From the human T2T-CHM13v2.0 reference genome, Homo sapiens, in NCBI RefSeq assembly GCF_009914755.1, contig NC_060932.1: a DNA stretch of 64,000 bases. One strand, given 5' to 3'. The translations under genes were made by a program, and so were the position numbers. The notes below the pieces were generated by a model. It searched no databases. It had not been told where the DNA came from and worked only from the letters and a program-made list of their open reading frames with translations. Numbering within the stretch: position 1 is the first letter of the stretch; every line of letters begins with the position of its first letter. Positions 1 to 19,766 of this stretch are shown in pieces.

Positions 1-710
1 ACTCTCTGTCCATGTGCTTGGGGTGGGGGAGCTCTGACTCAGACTCCAGGCCAGGACAATCAGTGACCCCAACACCCAGGACCCATAACTGGCCCAATCA
101 AAGTGAATCCCAAAACTTCTGCTCTCCCAAGAAGAGACTGCCTTTCCACCTGCAGCTGGGGGGCTGTGGAGCTAGTGGTGCTATAGTCAGTTTATCACCA
201 AAGGAGAGGGAATGTCTATCTCAGAAAGGAGCCAACAAAGACAAGAGCTGGAGAAACATAAACAGATTTGATGACATAATTTGAGTGCCTGAAGTCTTGG
301 ACTTTTCAGGCTTTTTGGTTTGTTTGTTTTTGAGACAGGGTCCCACTCTGTCGCCCAGGCTGGAGTACAGTGGCTCGATCATGGCTCACTGCAGCATCAT
401 CCTCCCTGGGCTCAGAAGATCCTCCTGCCTCAGCCTCCCGAGTAGCTGGGACTACAAGGTGCACCACCACGCATGGCAAATTTTTAAGTTGTTTGCAGAG
501 ACGGGGTTTCATGATGTTGCCCAGGCTGATCTTGAACTCCTGGGCTCAAGCGATCCTCCTGCCTTGACCTCCCAAAGTACTGGGATTACAGGTGTGATAC
601 AGGTGTGAGCTACTGCACCTGGCCCAGACTTTTCAGTTATTAAACCATCAGGCTTTCTTCTTGGCTTAACTTAGGTTGGGTTTTCTGTCACATGCAGAAA
701 GAGCCCTAAT
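1..710 (+). mobile_element. Old MaLR LTR fragment (MLT1-like), split by an Alu
   Basis: MLT1-type 3' end (ttgggttttctgtcacatgcagaaag); sequence resumes after Alu TSD gacttttcag. Confidence 0.5.
313..624 (-). mobile_element. Alu (AluJ-like)
   Basis: Antisense Alu dimer, TSD gacttttcag. Confidence 0.95.
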
Positions 711-1210
711 TTTCCAGATTTTGTTTTAATAGCACCTAATTTTATTAAAAAGGACACAATAATCTCAAATGTTCATATTAATTGTTATATCCTGATGTAA
801 CAAGCCAGTTTCTCTTCATTCACTGAGGGTCTATCTGAGCTTCTTCAGGTATTTTGAATCTTTTATCAATGTATGTGTAAGAAGATGGTAAAAAAAAAAT
901 ACAAAAAAGGTAACTCAAAAATCTGTCAAACATCACAATAAAACCTGAAGAAATGAATTAAATCAGTGTTGGCGTTGCCCTACAGAACCACTGTAAGGAA
1001 CAAGCAACCCAGGAGCCCACTGAAAGAACTAGGGAAGTCTTGAAAGCCAAAGAGGAACCAATGATGGCTGCTGTCTTGTGACACTCAGTCGCTTAAGAAG
1101 CGTTTCCAAATATTCTTAAGTAAGCAGCATCTCATCTTAATCTTGTTTTGCAGTCATTATTGTAATAAAGGCTAAGTCAAAGAACCTGGGGAAAAAAACC
1201 AGTGTTCCTT

Positions 1211-1508
1211 GGCTGGGCATGGTGGCTTACACCTATAATCTCAACACTTTGGAAAGAGGCCGAGGCAGGCTATCACTTGAGGTCAGGAGTTTGAGACCAG
1301 CCTGGCCAACATGGTGAAACCCTGTTTCCACTACAAATCCAAAAATTAGCTGGGCATGGTGGCATGCGCCTATAATCCCACCTGCTTGGGTGGCTGAGGC
1401 ACGAGAATTGCTTGAACCCAGGAGGCAGAGGTTATAGTGAGCCAAGATCATGCCACTGCACTGCAGCCTGAGCTACAGAGCTGGACTCTGTCTGAAAAAC
1501 AAAATAAA
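1211..1508 (+). mobile_element. Alu (AluS-like)
   Basis: Full dimer, TSD cagtgttcct. Confidence 0.95.
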
Positions 1509-1514
1509 ACAGTG

Positions 1515-2315
<801 letters not shown>

Positions 2316-2522
2316 GCACATGTCAGGACAAGGAGGTGGAACCAACTTACGGGTGTCTGGGGAAGACACTTGGCAGCCCTTTCCTAGAAGCCAAAATCAG
2401 AGCCAAACTCCGCCAAGCACCCCATTTTGAACTGGACTCACAGGGAAGCTGTCATCTCTTCTGCCTCATTCGGCCTTTGAACTGGGAGTCAAGGCATCTA
2501 AAGCAGGCCAGTGTGACTCTAA

Positions 2523-2871
<349 letters not shown>

Positions 2872-2975
2872 TAAAGAATTTTTTAAAAGCACAGTAGAGA
2901 ATCCAATTGTCTTGACAGGGAGAAAATCAAACCTTAAATACACTAAAGATTAAGTGACAAAAATTCTACACCAAA

Positions 2976-3107
2976 CTTTTTTTTTTTTTTGAGATGAGGG
3001 GCTTACTGTGTTTCCTAGGGTAGAGTCAAACTCCTGGGTGTAACAAACTTTCCTCCTCAGTCTCCTGAGGAGCTGGGACTACAAGCACTCCAGGCAGATG
3101 CCTGGCT
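2976..3107 (-). mobile_element. Alu monomer (FLAM-like)
   Basis: Poly-T followed by one diverged Alu arm. Confidence 0.8.
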
Positions 3108-3848
3108 CCGCACAGACTATTTTTAAATTATAAATACCTCAAGTGATTAGTTGCCCTCTTAAAAATGCTATCTTTCAAAATGCAAAGTCAGCAAAAGAAC
3201 CTGTTGATGCTCTCAAAGAACTTGCCATCTGTTTGGCAAGACATATGTAATAACTAGTGAACAAAAATACAGTCCCAGAGTAATTGCAGAAGTGCTTTTC
3301 AATTACCCTTCACTTACTCCAGCTGCCAGACAGATGAACACGTTCCCTCAGTACCACACTGCACTCTGAGTGCCTCTTGAGAACAGGACATTTGGGTACT
3401 GTATTAAGTTTCCTTTGGCTGCTGTGGCAAATTATCACAAACATAATAGCTTAAAACATGGATTTATCACATTACAGTTCTGGAGCTCAGAAGTCAAAAA
3501 TCAGGTTTAGCAGGCTAAAGTCAGGGTCTTGGACAGGCTGTTTCTTTCTAGAGGTCTGAGGGAAAAATTGGTTTCCTTGCCTTTTTCAGCTTCAAGAGGC
3601 TGCCAGCATTCCTTGGCTCATGGCTGTTTCTTGGTGTCACTCCAACCTCTTGCTTCTATCATCATTGCTATGGTTTGGATATTTGTCCCATCCAAACCTC
3701 ATGTTAAATTTAATCCCCAATGTTGGAGGTGAGGCCTAATAGGAGTTGTCTGGGTCATGAAGGCGGATCCCTCATGAATACATTAATGGCCTCCCTCAGA
3801 GGCAAGTGAATTCTTACTCTATTAATTCCCATCAGAGCTGGTTGTTTA

Positions 3849-4490
<642 letters not shown>

Positions 4491-4974
4491 ATTAAACTTC
4501 TTTTTCTTTATAAATTACCCAGCCCTGAGTATATACCTTTATAGCAACACAAAAAGGTTAAGATAGTCACCTCTACTACTTACTGACCCTCCTGCCTGCC
4601 TCTTACAAAGACTCTTGGAAGTACATTGGGCCCATCCAGATAATTCGGGAAAGATTCTTAACTTCATCACACCCTGAAAAATCCCTTTTGCCATATAAGA
4701 AACATTTGTAAGTTTCTGGAATTAGGACACGAACATCTTTGAGGTGCCATTATTCAGCCCACCACAGATACTATCCCCCATCTTCTCCTCCCACAGTTGA
4801 GCTGTATGCCTAAGAATAGTTGGCTGTGTTTGTTTTTGGACTTGATTTGTGTTCGCTTTTGTAACTAATTTTAAAAATTAAGAAACCAGTGAAATCTGAG
4901 GGCAAAAAGAAAGACTTGCAGTGTGTATGAAAACAAGTAAAATGAACTAAGGTAAGTCACTAAAGAAATATGGT

Positions 4975-5091
4975 CACATAGGGTATGTAGCATGTGCCTG
5001 TAGTTCCAGCTACTCAGGAGACTGAGGAGGAAGGATCACTTGATCCCAGGCATTCAAGTGCAGCCTGGACAACATAGCAAGGAACTATCTC

Positions 5092-5120
<29 letters not shown>
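4975..5120 (+). mobile_element. Alu monomer (FLAM-like)
   Basis: Single arm with long poly-A. Confidence 0.85.
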
Positions 5121-5122
<2 letters not shown>

Positions 5123-5647
5123 GGTCAAATTAGGTGTGGCCAGGAAATCTATGAAAGTTTTAGACAATAATTCACAACTCAAGAAGGATTAATCAATATA
5201 TATAGGGATGGCTTGCGTAAGAAAGAAGAGGCAGAATATTTCTCAAGGGAGGTCTACTCAAACAAAAGGACTAGGCCCCATGTCAAAAAACTGGCCAACA
5301 AATGCACATTTAAACGCTGTTAAACGTTTAAAGTAGGTATGTTTAAATTATGATTTGCCTGCCTTAACCAACTTTTCAGGTTAACTAACCAACCTCTTAC
5401 CAATCCTGATAAGAGGAATCCAATTAAATTTGATTCAGCGTTTTAGAGATAATACTAATCTATTAAGATAATAATTTGGCAGAAAGGTTTAATCAAGAGA
5501 GTGGAGCATAAACTGTATCGTGGATGTTATGTGGGATCTGAATGGATGGTTGGGGGTCAAAGCAAGGCACACGAGATGAAACAAACAGCATACAACTGTA
5601 GGGTTAGAAATGAGTAGGAATAGTCATTTCAACCTATGAGGTAGAAC

Positions 5648-6312
5648 CCTGATAACTCCGAGTGTGGATCTCATTCCAGCAGTATCAGCAACACCTGGGA
5701 GCTTGTTAGAACTGCACATAGGGTGAGAGGAAGGAGAGGATCAGAAAAAATAGTGAATAGGTACTAGGCTTAATGCTTGGGTGATGAAATAATCTGTACA
5801 ACAAACCCTCATGACACAAGTTTACTTATGTAACAAATCTGCACATGTACCTGTGAGCTTAAAAGTTAAAAAAAAAAAAAAAGAAAAGAAAAAAGAAAGA
5901 AATGCATCTTTCTGAGTGCTGTGGCTCACTCCTGTAATCCCAGCACTTTGGGAGGCTGAGGCAGAAGGATTGCTTGAGCCCAGGAGTTCAAGACCCGCCT
6001 GGGCAACATAATGAGACCCTGTCTTTACAAAAAATACAAAAACTTAGCCAGGTCTGGTGGCACATACCTGTAGTCCCAGCTGCTTGGGAAGCTGAGGCGG
6101 CAGGATCAATTGAGCCTGGGAGGTTGAGGCTTCAGTGAGCTATGATTGTGCCACTGCACTCCAGCCTGGGCAACAGAATGAGACCCTGTCTCAAAAAAAA
6201 AAAAAAAAAAAAGCATCTTTCAGGCCTCAGCCCAGACCCACTGAATCAGAATCTGCAATTTAACAAAACTCCAGGTAATTTAATTTCACATTAACCTGTG
6301 AGAAAGGCTGGT
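5648..6312. mobile_element. MER5A-like hAT element split by an L1 3' end (5720-5885) and an Alu (5913-6212)
   Basis: cagcaacacctgggagcttgttaga ... cccagacccactgaatcagaatctgca; L1 tail tgggtgatgaaataatctgtacaacaaacc. Confidence 0.75.
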
Positions 6313-6447
6313 TTAGAGAGAGTGAGAGTCTTCCTAAACTGCACTGTAGAGTTAATATGGCACATATAAAACATAATGACAACTGAGTTATTAAGCACCT
6401 TCTATATGCCAGGCAAACTACCAGGTGCTTTGCAAACCTTGTCTTAC

Positions 6448-7038
6448 TTATCTGAAAGATCCCAGTTTTGTAAAATAGAATTGATCTTTATTCTCAATAA
6501 TGAAACAGTCTTTTCTGCTTTCTGCCATCCCTTTGGTTGAAGTTGGTATAAAGAATACATTAGTGTCTCAAAAATCTCAAATAATTGCTTTTTGAAATTC
6601 AGTATGTAAAATATTTTGACATAATTTTTTTTACTCCCTTCGTTGGCTGGGTTGCAAACTCTTACAGGTAGGAAGATCTCAAACTCCTTGATAATTTCAA
6701 CCTATGAGAGAGAGGAAAAAAAAAACACAAGGGGAAACTCAAAAGCATTCTGGTTAGGACAGGGTAAAAAATAAATAAAATAAAATCAGCAAGAAATACA
6801 CTCTATTAAGTGGAATTTGGAAATGATAAATCAGATTGAACCAAATCTTAGAGAGTTTGCAATAAAGTCTGGGTATTCTTACAGTGCTGCGTGTCTAAGC
6901 AGTTTATGCAAAAAGGGAGGGCCAAACCCTCTCTTTCCAAAGAAGGCAGTAAGACAGTCTGCCCTTTCCTTGCCCAGACTGGAAAACATGAAGTCCTTGT
7001 ACCTTCTTGCCCCTCCCTGAGCTCAGCGTACAGCCCAT
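6448..7038 (-). other. Candidate spliced coding exons (7038-7003, 6701-6666, 6530-6448) of an unidentified minus-strand gene or pseudogene
   Basis: GT-AG bounded, phase-consistent, stop-free: MGCTLSSGRGKK/VEIIKEFEIFLP/GWQKAEKTVSLLRIKINSILQNWDLSD. Confidence 0.4.
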
Positions 7039-7186
7039 ACCGAACAGGGTAGAAGGAGTACCAGCAGCAACCCCGATGCTGGGATGTTGGGCAATAGTGG
7101 AGCACGATTAGTATGCCCATGCCTCACTCACTAGGGTGGTTTTCAGTAGACCTCCAGTTCTGACTAAGCTCCTCTCAACAAGATTC

Positions 7187-7345
7187 AGCCAGGCACTGTG
7201 GCACACGCCTGTAGTCCCAGCTACTTAGGAGGCTGCTGCAAGAGGATCGCCTGAACCCAGGAATTCGAGGCTGCAGTGAGCTGTGAGTGTGCCACTCCAG
7301 CCTGAACGACATTGCAAGACACCAGCCTCTAAAAAAAAAAAAAAA
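7187..7345 (+). mobile_element. Alu monomer (FLAM/FAM-like)
   Basis: Single arm, poly-A, TSD caagat/aagattcag. Confidence 0.85.
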
Positions 7346-7984
7346 TTTAAAAAACAAGAAAGATTCAGTGGTTCTTCACCCACTTGCAGACAGAGGGTCC
7401 CTAAAACGGTCAAGTGCGGGGTCCTAGTGCTCATTGCCATTGTGCTTAATTGTGACAGGAGTGGGGGCTGAGGGGATAGGAGGGCTGGGATAGGGGTGGG
7501 AGGGCATTCCTTTCCCTCAGGCTTTCACAGTGTACGTTTTGTATTCCAGAATCAGAAATCTGAGCGTAGGAAGAAGTGGGTTAGCCCTGGAGAAAGGAAA
7601 AGGAGGATCATGGTTCTCTGCAAAGAGCTGGAAGCTAAAAAGCAGGCTGTGTTTACTTACCAACCAGGACTCAGTGGGATCTTTGCCAGCTTCCAATATG
7701 GCCTTAAAAGTATATGAAATCCAAGAAATATTTCTGCAAAGCAAGAGATCTTCACTGCTTTATTTTCCACCACCTGAATCCTTGCAGTGAGTGTAGTGTG
7801 TATCTAATCAATCTATTAAAAAATACTTCAAAAGTTCTATATATGTATCAATATTTAATATTGTTTTTACATTATTTAAATGTTTTTCTAAATAATATTA
7901 TAGTATATATATTCTGAAGCATTCTATTCAGTGACAAAGAATGATGTTTAGACAATTTACATTTATATAGGAAAACTCATAACC

Positions 7985-8180
7985 TGAATATGTCCTGTGG
8001 GATCAAACCACTGACCCTTCCAGGGTGGAAGAGACCTAAGGTAGTCAGCTTCCATCAAGCGGCCAGTTGGTCTCATTGAGGAATGGTGTCACATCAAGGG
8101 CTCAGTGTTGGTCTCTGTTGCAGATATATCAGACATTTGATAATGGCAGCAGCTGGATCAGTCTTGGTAAGGGTTGGAAG
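7985..8180 (-). mobile_element. ERVL internal fragment (integrase region)
   Basis: Minus strand resembles ERVL pol LTKADLAAA..C..C.QRPTLSP.Y.TIP..DQLA...DY.G.LPPWKGQ. Confidence 0.7.
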
Positions 8181-8979
8181 TATAGTTAGTCCTCACTTTG
8201 CATGGTCCCAATATGCACAAATCCTAGTTACCACCATTTAGTTAAATCACACCAGAACCCCAACAACATGGTTCAAATTTCAGCTACAACGTTATTAACT
8301 GTGCACAATTACACAAAGTACAAACCTCACTGTCAGCTCTTTAGTCCACAAATCACTATGTAAATAACAGATGCATAGCATGATCAATAACCAATCACAC
8401 CTCTCCTTTCAAAGTCCACTAATGATTGGCCACTGCACATATGTTCAGTTCCTACACAGCAAAGCGTGTAGTTGTGTTGCTGATTTTCCTGTGAATGAAG
8501 CCACATGATGGTTTACAATAATGGATACTCAAAAGAGGAAATTGGCCAACAAAGATGAAAGCGCAGAAAAAAGTCCAAAAAGTAGTAATGCTAGAAATGA
8601 ACTCCAAATTGAATGAGTTACAGAAAAACAGTTCACTGTGAGAATGTGGCCACTGCATCATTCAAGAGGATATGCAGCCAGAGGAACTTAGCAAAGGCAA
8701 ACTTAACATAAATGAGGAAGGAAGTGTGGCAAAAAGCATGCTGTCTCAGAGGAAGCGGTCCTGGCAGAAACTTCACATTGAAGCAACTCTGGGAAATTTT
8801 TCATGACGCTGAAAACACAAAGGATAAAATGTTGGGAGCTGATCCAGTCTTAGAAAGGAGAACAATTCATCACGTCAGAGAAAAGATGCTCTCTCCATGT
8901 CGTAAGTTACACAAGAAGGTAAGCACTATCCAAATGACTCTTGTTGTTTCATTTACAATTTATTTACTCTTGCTATTTG

Positions 8980-9277
8980 TTTTCTTTTTCTTTTTTTGAG
9001 AGGGACTCTCACTCTGTAGCCCAGGCTGGAGTGCAGTGGCGCAATCTCGACTCACTGCAAACTCTGCCTCCAGGTTCAAGCAATTCTCCTGCCTCAGCCT
9101 CTCAAGTAGCTGGAATTACAGGTGTACACCACCATGCCCAGCTAATTTTTGTATTTTTAGTGGAGACGAGGTTTCACCATGTTGGCCAGGCTGGTCTCAA
9201 ACTCCTGACCTCAGGTGATCCACCTGCCTTGGCCTCCCAAATTGCTGGGATTGCAGCCGTGAGCCACCGTGCCCGGT
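8980..9277 (-). mobile_element. Alu (AluS-like)
   Basis: Antisense dimer, TSD tactcttgctattt. Confidence 0.95.
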
Positions 9278-9647
9278 CTACTCTTGCTATTTATTTTCTA
9301 TGTTGTTTATTTACGTAGAAATTTAATATTTCTAATGTTTAAATTACTAACGTTTAAAAACCTTAGATAATATACATTTAATAGTTTATTTTGAGCAAAG
9401 AACAATTCATGAATTGGTAGTTCTCAGAATCAAAAGAAATTCAGAATGCTTTGTTGCAGCAGCATGGGCAGTGAGCTTTTACACAAAGGGAAGATGAAAG
9501 TGTACTTCATTGGATTAGGTGGAAAGACCCTAGTTAGAGGTTAGCTGGTGTTTTCTTATTGGTAGTCTTTAGTTTTGTTTTACTCTTTACACTGGGCTCC
9601 AGTCTGCTTACATATAGGAACCTAAAGTGGTAGGGTTGCCTCCGTCT

Positions 9648-10078
9648 TGTTAAAAGAAAAACTTCAGCTGAATTAAATTTAAAGGAGTTTAATTGAGCAA
9701 TGAATGATTCACGAATTGGGCAGTCCCCAGAATCACAGCAGATTCGGAGACTCCAGAGAAGGCTTGTGGTTAGAACAAATTTATAAACAAAAAAAGGGAA
9801 GTGATGTACAGAAATCAGCAGTGAGGTACAGAAACAGCTGGATTGGTTACAGGCTGGCATTTGCTTTATTTGAACATGGTTTCAACACTTAGCAGGCTAT
9901 GAGTGGCTGAAATATGGCTGCTGGGATTGGCCAAAAATGCAGCTATTGTTACAGGTGCATGCTTCTAAATTAGGATTTCAATTTTGTATGCCTATTAAGC
10001 TAAGTTACAGTTTGTCCACAAGGACTCAAATATAGAAGCACGAAGTCCTTCTCAGGCCATATTTAGTTTGCTTTAACA
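9648..10078 (-). mobile_element. MER57-like solo LTR inserted in the proviral 3' LTR
   Basis: TG...CA ends, exact 4-bp TSD gtct (9644-9647, 10079-10082); minus start tgttaaagcaaactaaatatggcctgagaagg. Confidence 0.8.
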
Positions 10079-10139
10079 GTCTAATGCCCTCCCTGTTAGA
10101 ATTTTTGTTAAAAACAATTATTCTCTGCTTTTGGTCAGC

Positions 10140-11925
<1,786 letters not shown>

Positions 11926-12274
11926 CCCAGGAAGAGGAGGTTCTTGATCTCTGATCTTGGGAAGGCTGTCTACATTCAAGATGCCATCTGCTTTGGGGAG
12001 AGATGTTCCTGGCCAACTTTACCTTGAGATCCTTAACTGGTGGTCAGTTCTGAGAGTCTGGAAGGGCCCTCTTGAGTTGAGAAACATTGGTCCAAAACTC
12101 AAGGCTTTACTGTAGTGTAAGTGGTGAGAAGTTGGTGTGGTCCCTTCCAGTGAGACTCAAGGGCAGACTTTCTTTGATATAAATTCCAAAAGACCCAGTT
12201 TCCAAGTTCTAGACCATGAGGATTCTGATAATCAGTCAGTGGGTCACAGAAAGCTACTATTACCAGATAGAAAT

Positions 12275-12480
12275 ACAGTAAGTCCTCAATTGATGTCGTC
12301 GTTGATAGTTTTATGGAAACAATGATTTTAAGCAAAACAGTGTTCCTTGAATAATGTATTTCATTCAATGTTGTTTCATTTTAACGTTGATGAGAAAAAT
12401 TAAATTTGTTTTATTATACATTGTTTTGCTTAAAATCACACTTTCCAAGAGCTGATCAATGATGTTGTGAGAACTTATTG
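12275..12480. mobile_element. MER6-like Tigger MITE inside pol
   Basis: ta|cagtaagtcctca... with inverted end tgagaacttattg. Confidence 0.65.
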
Positions 12481-12793
12481 CATGCTTCAGCATAATTTAT
12501 CAAGGTCTGGCAATATTGAGTCATACCACAGGTTACAAATATGGGAGGTACATGAAGCTGTATTATTACGGGCATAGGTCTTTCAGTACTATTTCATGAG
12601 GTGTCATCTTGTGCTTTCCAGCATGGGTAGATATAATTGCCATTAAGCCCAGTGTTCAAACTTTTGGCCAGGCAATCCAGAAGATTCCATCATTTTGGCC
12701 AATTTTAGTTTTAGGTTGCCATTTGCCTATTCAACCTTTCCAGAAGACTAGGGATAAGGACAATGGTCATGCTATTTTGTTTGTAAACCTTTA

Positions 12794-13184
<391 letters not shown>

Positions 13185-14352
13185 CTATCACTGGAAATCT
13201 TTCTAGGGATATCCCATAAAGGAAACATATGCTCTGTTTTTTGTATTTTTTTGTGTTTTTTTTTTTTTGCTACTGTTGTGGCATCAGCCTTCCTGCATGG
13301 CAAGGCCTCAATCCACCCTGAGAACAGGCATACAGTTACAGGAACATACTGGTAGCCCATTGAGGGTAGCAACTAAATGAAGTTCTTTTGTAGGTGTTCA
13401 CATGGTCCAGCAGGTGGTAGAAATGTACCGTTTGAAACCTTAATGGTTTTCACAGAATTATGAATCTGATAAATCAGACTTGGGTTATGAACCATTTTTG
13501 CAACTTTAGAACAATTACTCCACCAATACTTTTTCATAATTTGAACCATTTTGTCTACACTCTGGTGAGCTGTGGAGTGCAGAGCCTTTAATACTGGTAG
13601 TTTTAAGGACTTAGGGAGGACTAGGTGGCTGTCAGGGCCCTCAGTGAGTTCACATTTGGTATTAAATTTGCATCCTTTTAAGTGCCAATTTTGGTTTTCT
13701 AATTCAGGTGCATAGAATCGTTTATTTAACAAATTATCATAGGTGATTTGATCTGAATTAATGTTATAGAGTTCAACCAAATTATATATCCTAACATGTT
13801 TAGTGACAGCTACCTTAGCATGGAAGTCCACTAAGGCATTGTCTTGATATTTAGGTTCAGTTTTACAAGTGAGCTTCAATTTTAATAATAGCAACTTGTG
13901 AGGGCAGCAAAATAGCAGAAGGAAGTTCATTTGCCTGGGGCTCATTTTCGGTGGTGGACCCACTTGAAATGAGGACCCCTCTTTGCTTCTAATACATGCC
14001 AAAATCATGGACTACCCCCAAAGGCTTATCTACTGTCTGTATAAATGTTGTCTGATTTGCCCTGAGATATTTGACAGGCCTGAGTGAGAGCATGTACCTC
14101 TGCTGGTTGGGCTGACTTCAACTGGGGAAGAGCTCCCTTTTCTGTTAATTCATTCTGGGTAGTCCAGGCATGCCCTCCTTGGTATTTTACTTCCGCATTT
14201 TTAGCATAAAATCCATCAGCAAAATGTATTATCTCAAGGTGTTTAATGGGGCATCTTATAAATCAGTTGAGGAGTCAATAGCTGTGATATGAGATTTACA
14301 TAGTTGTGGTCCTCACCTTTGTCAAGTAAGGGTAGTAGGGTAGAAGGGTTAA

Positions 14353-14715
<363 letters not shown>

Positions 14716-15292
14716 TGAGATTAGAAGGAGACAGGAGAAGAATTTCAAAAGATGTTAGTCTACTTGCTGAGAAATGTTGAGTTTGACTGGAATTTAATAG
14801 ACTTTCCAAAGCGTGTGGAGCTTGCGAATAAAATTCATTTCCTAAAATCAGCTCAGATGAGACCTCAACCAATCTGGATGCTTCTGCTACTACCTTTAAA
14901 CAATTGGGATCCACCTTAGCTACTGGGTCTAATTGCAGCCTATTAAGTGATGGGCCTATGTTTTCCTCTGTGTTCTTAAGTAAGAATTTCTAAAGCCTCG
15001 TTGTTATGTTCATGAATGAATGAAGTGAAAGTGATACAGGTTTGCTATAATTTCAGAGTCCTAAGGCTGGAGGTTGTGGTAGGGCCAGTTTTGGTTGGCT
15101 GAAGCCTGTTCATGATTATCCTCCCACGCTAAAGGCTCTGGGTCAGAGTTTTGTGCAAGTTCATACAAGCGAGATGCCAACAAGGAAAGATTTGGGACCT
15201 AAGACCTACAATATCCTGCAAATTCAAAGGAACCTCTTAGTTGTCTTTTAGACATGGATCAAGAGAAACTTTGAATAATTTTCATTCTTTCA

Positions 15293-16050
<758 letters not shown>

Positions 16051-17045
16051 AAGTAAGTTGAATCTATTTCTGACTCTGCCTTAGTATGAGAAAGAACATA
16101 GCAGTAGGTTATCAACATATTGAATAAGAGCAGAATTCCTAGGAAATTGCAAATTTGGCAAATCGTGATGCAAAGTCTGAGAAAAATAAGATGGGCCTTG
16201 GTAAATCCCTTTGGCATTACAGTCCAATTATATTGTTGATTTTTTTCCAAGTAAAAGCAAATAAGTAGTGACTCTATCAGCTGGAATACTGTGTTTCATC
16301 CCTGTGAACCATTTTAAATTTGGGGGTACCTTATACAACAAGGTATTAGAATTTGGAACTACTGGTAACGTCAGTATTACAATCTAATTTACTGCATGTA
16401 GGTCTTGAACAAATCTCCAACCTTGTCCACTGGGTTTTTAAAGTGGTAGACTCGGGTGTTACAAGGACTAGTGTAAAACATTAGAAGTCCTTGTATAATT
16501 AATTCCTCTACAACTGGTGACAGCCCCTGAATACATCTGGTTTTAGTGGGTATTGAGGTAAATTAGGTAGCAGCTTAGAATGATTTATTTGGTTTTTTTC
16601 CTGTTTTGATTTTTGTGGGTTCAGCACTTTAAATATTTCCTATGTCATTTAAGGAGGAAGCCCACAAATATCTAGGTTCTTCAGAAAGAACAGGTTTTTA
16701 TAGATTTGAGTTTCAGTGTTATCAGCTTCTACTAGTATGTAACAGAGCAGTTCAGGTTCAGGAGAGTTAGGAAATTATAAGATTATCTCTCCTTCTGAAG
16801 ATAATTTTCTGTACATTCTTAGCAAGTCTTGTCCCCATAGATTCACTGGGGCAGCATCACAAAGTAAGAAGGCATGTTTTTCTGAAAATGGTCCAAGTAT
16901 CATTTGAACAGGTTCAGACATGGAGACATTTGGACTTGATTTGAAACCTCCACCATGAAACTATTCTTTTTACTGCAAGGGAGTTGTTGATTTACGAAGG
17001 TGGGGTTTTAAAGTATATAAGGTGGGGTTTTAAAGTGTATAAGGT

Positions 17046-18334
<1,289 letters not shown>

Positions 18335-18591
18335 GACTGGACAATTTTGATTCCAGTGGCCTGGCTGTTTACAATAAAGAAGGACATCTTGAGGCAGAAG
18401 TTTCTTTGGTCCTCCTCCAGTATATTCATGTATTTGAAATCAATACTAAGAGGTCCAAACTAAAGAAACTGGTGCCTCGAGATGTCTGCCTTTATTGTAG
18501 TTGCTGTGACTATTACTTAAACCAGCCCAATCATCCCATATAAATGATGTTTATAGTTTCTTTTGAATAAACATAGAAATTAACCCTCGCA

Positions 18592-19030
<439 letters not shown>

Positions 19031-19134
19031 TCAAACATCAGCCCTCCCCAATAGTATTAAGGAGCTGAAACTTACCAGATTACCACATCTGGACAATGAA
19101 ATGCCAGATCCTTTGCTCATGATGATTGCCTACT

Positions 19135-19470
19135 AAGGGGTCCCCAATCCCCAGACCATGGACTGGGATCCATGGCCTGTTAAGAACTGGGCTGCACAGC
19201 AGGGAGTGAGTGGAGGGTGAGTGAGCATTACCAACTGAGCTGCATCAGCAACACCATTAGATTCTCACAGGATCAGGAACGCTGTTGTGAATGTGCATGC
19301 AAGGGATCCAGATTGTGCACTTGTTATGGGAATCCAACTAATGCCTAATCATCTGAGGTGGAACAGCTTCATCCCGAAACCATCCCCCATCTCACACCCC
19401 TACCACCATGTGTGGAAGAATTGTCTTCCACAAAACTGGTCCTTGGTGCCAAAAAGGTTGGGGACTGCTG
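19135..19470 (+). mobile_element. MER1B-like hAT-Charlie element
   Basis: ggggtccccaa...gtgccaaaaaggttggggactgctg termini. Confidence 0.85.
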
Positions 19471-19766
19471 GCTTAACTGACCACCTGCTTCCTATTGACC
19501 AACTCCTCCTCCTTACCCTTTCTAAATTCCTGTTTTTCCACACATGGCTACGTTGCTTCCCTGCTATATAAACTCCCAATTTTATTTGGTCAGGGAGATG
19601 GATTTGAGACTAGTCTCCCATCTTCTCCGCTGTGGCACCTGATGAAGGCCTTCTTCTCTGGCAATACTCACTGTCTCAGTGATTGGCTTTCTGTGCAGCG
19701 AGCAGCAAGACCTAAACCAAACCCCTGGCATTTTGGTAACATAAAGACATGAGCCTATTTGCCTCT

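Noticed and set aside
860-1110. A-rich segment that might be a processed pseudogene fragment
   Set aside because: No recognisable parent; stops in all frames tried
13373-14008. 211-aa ORF as a domesticated retroviral gene
   Set aside because: Internal pol fragment; integrase zinc-binding cysteines appear lost and the catalytic core is frameshifted and Alu-split
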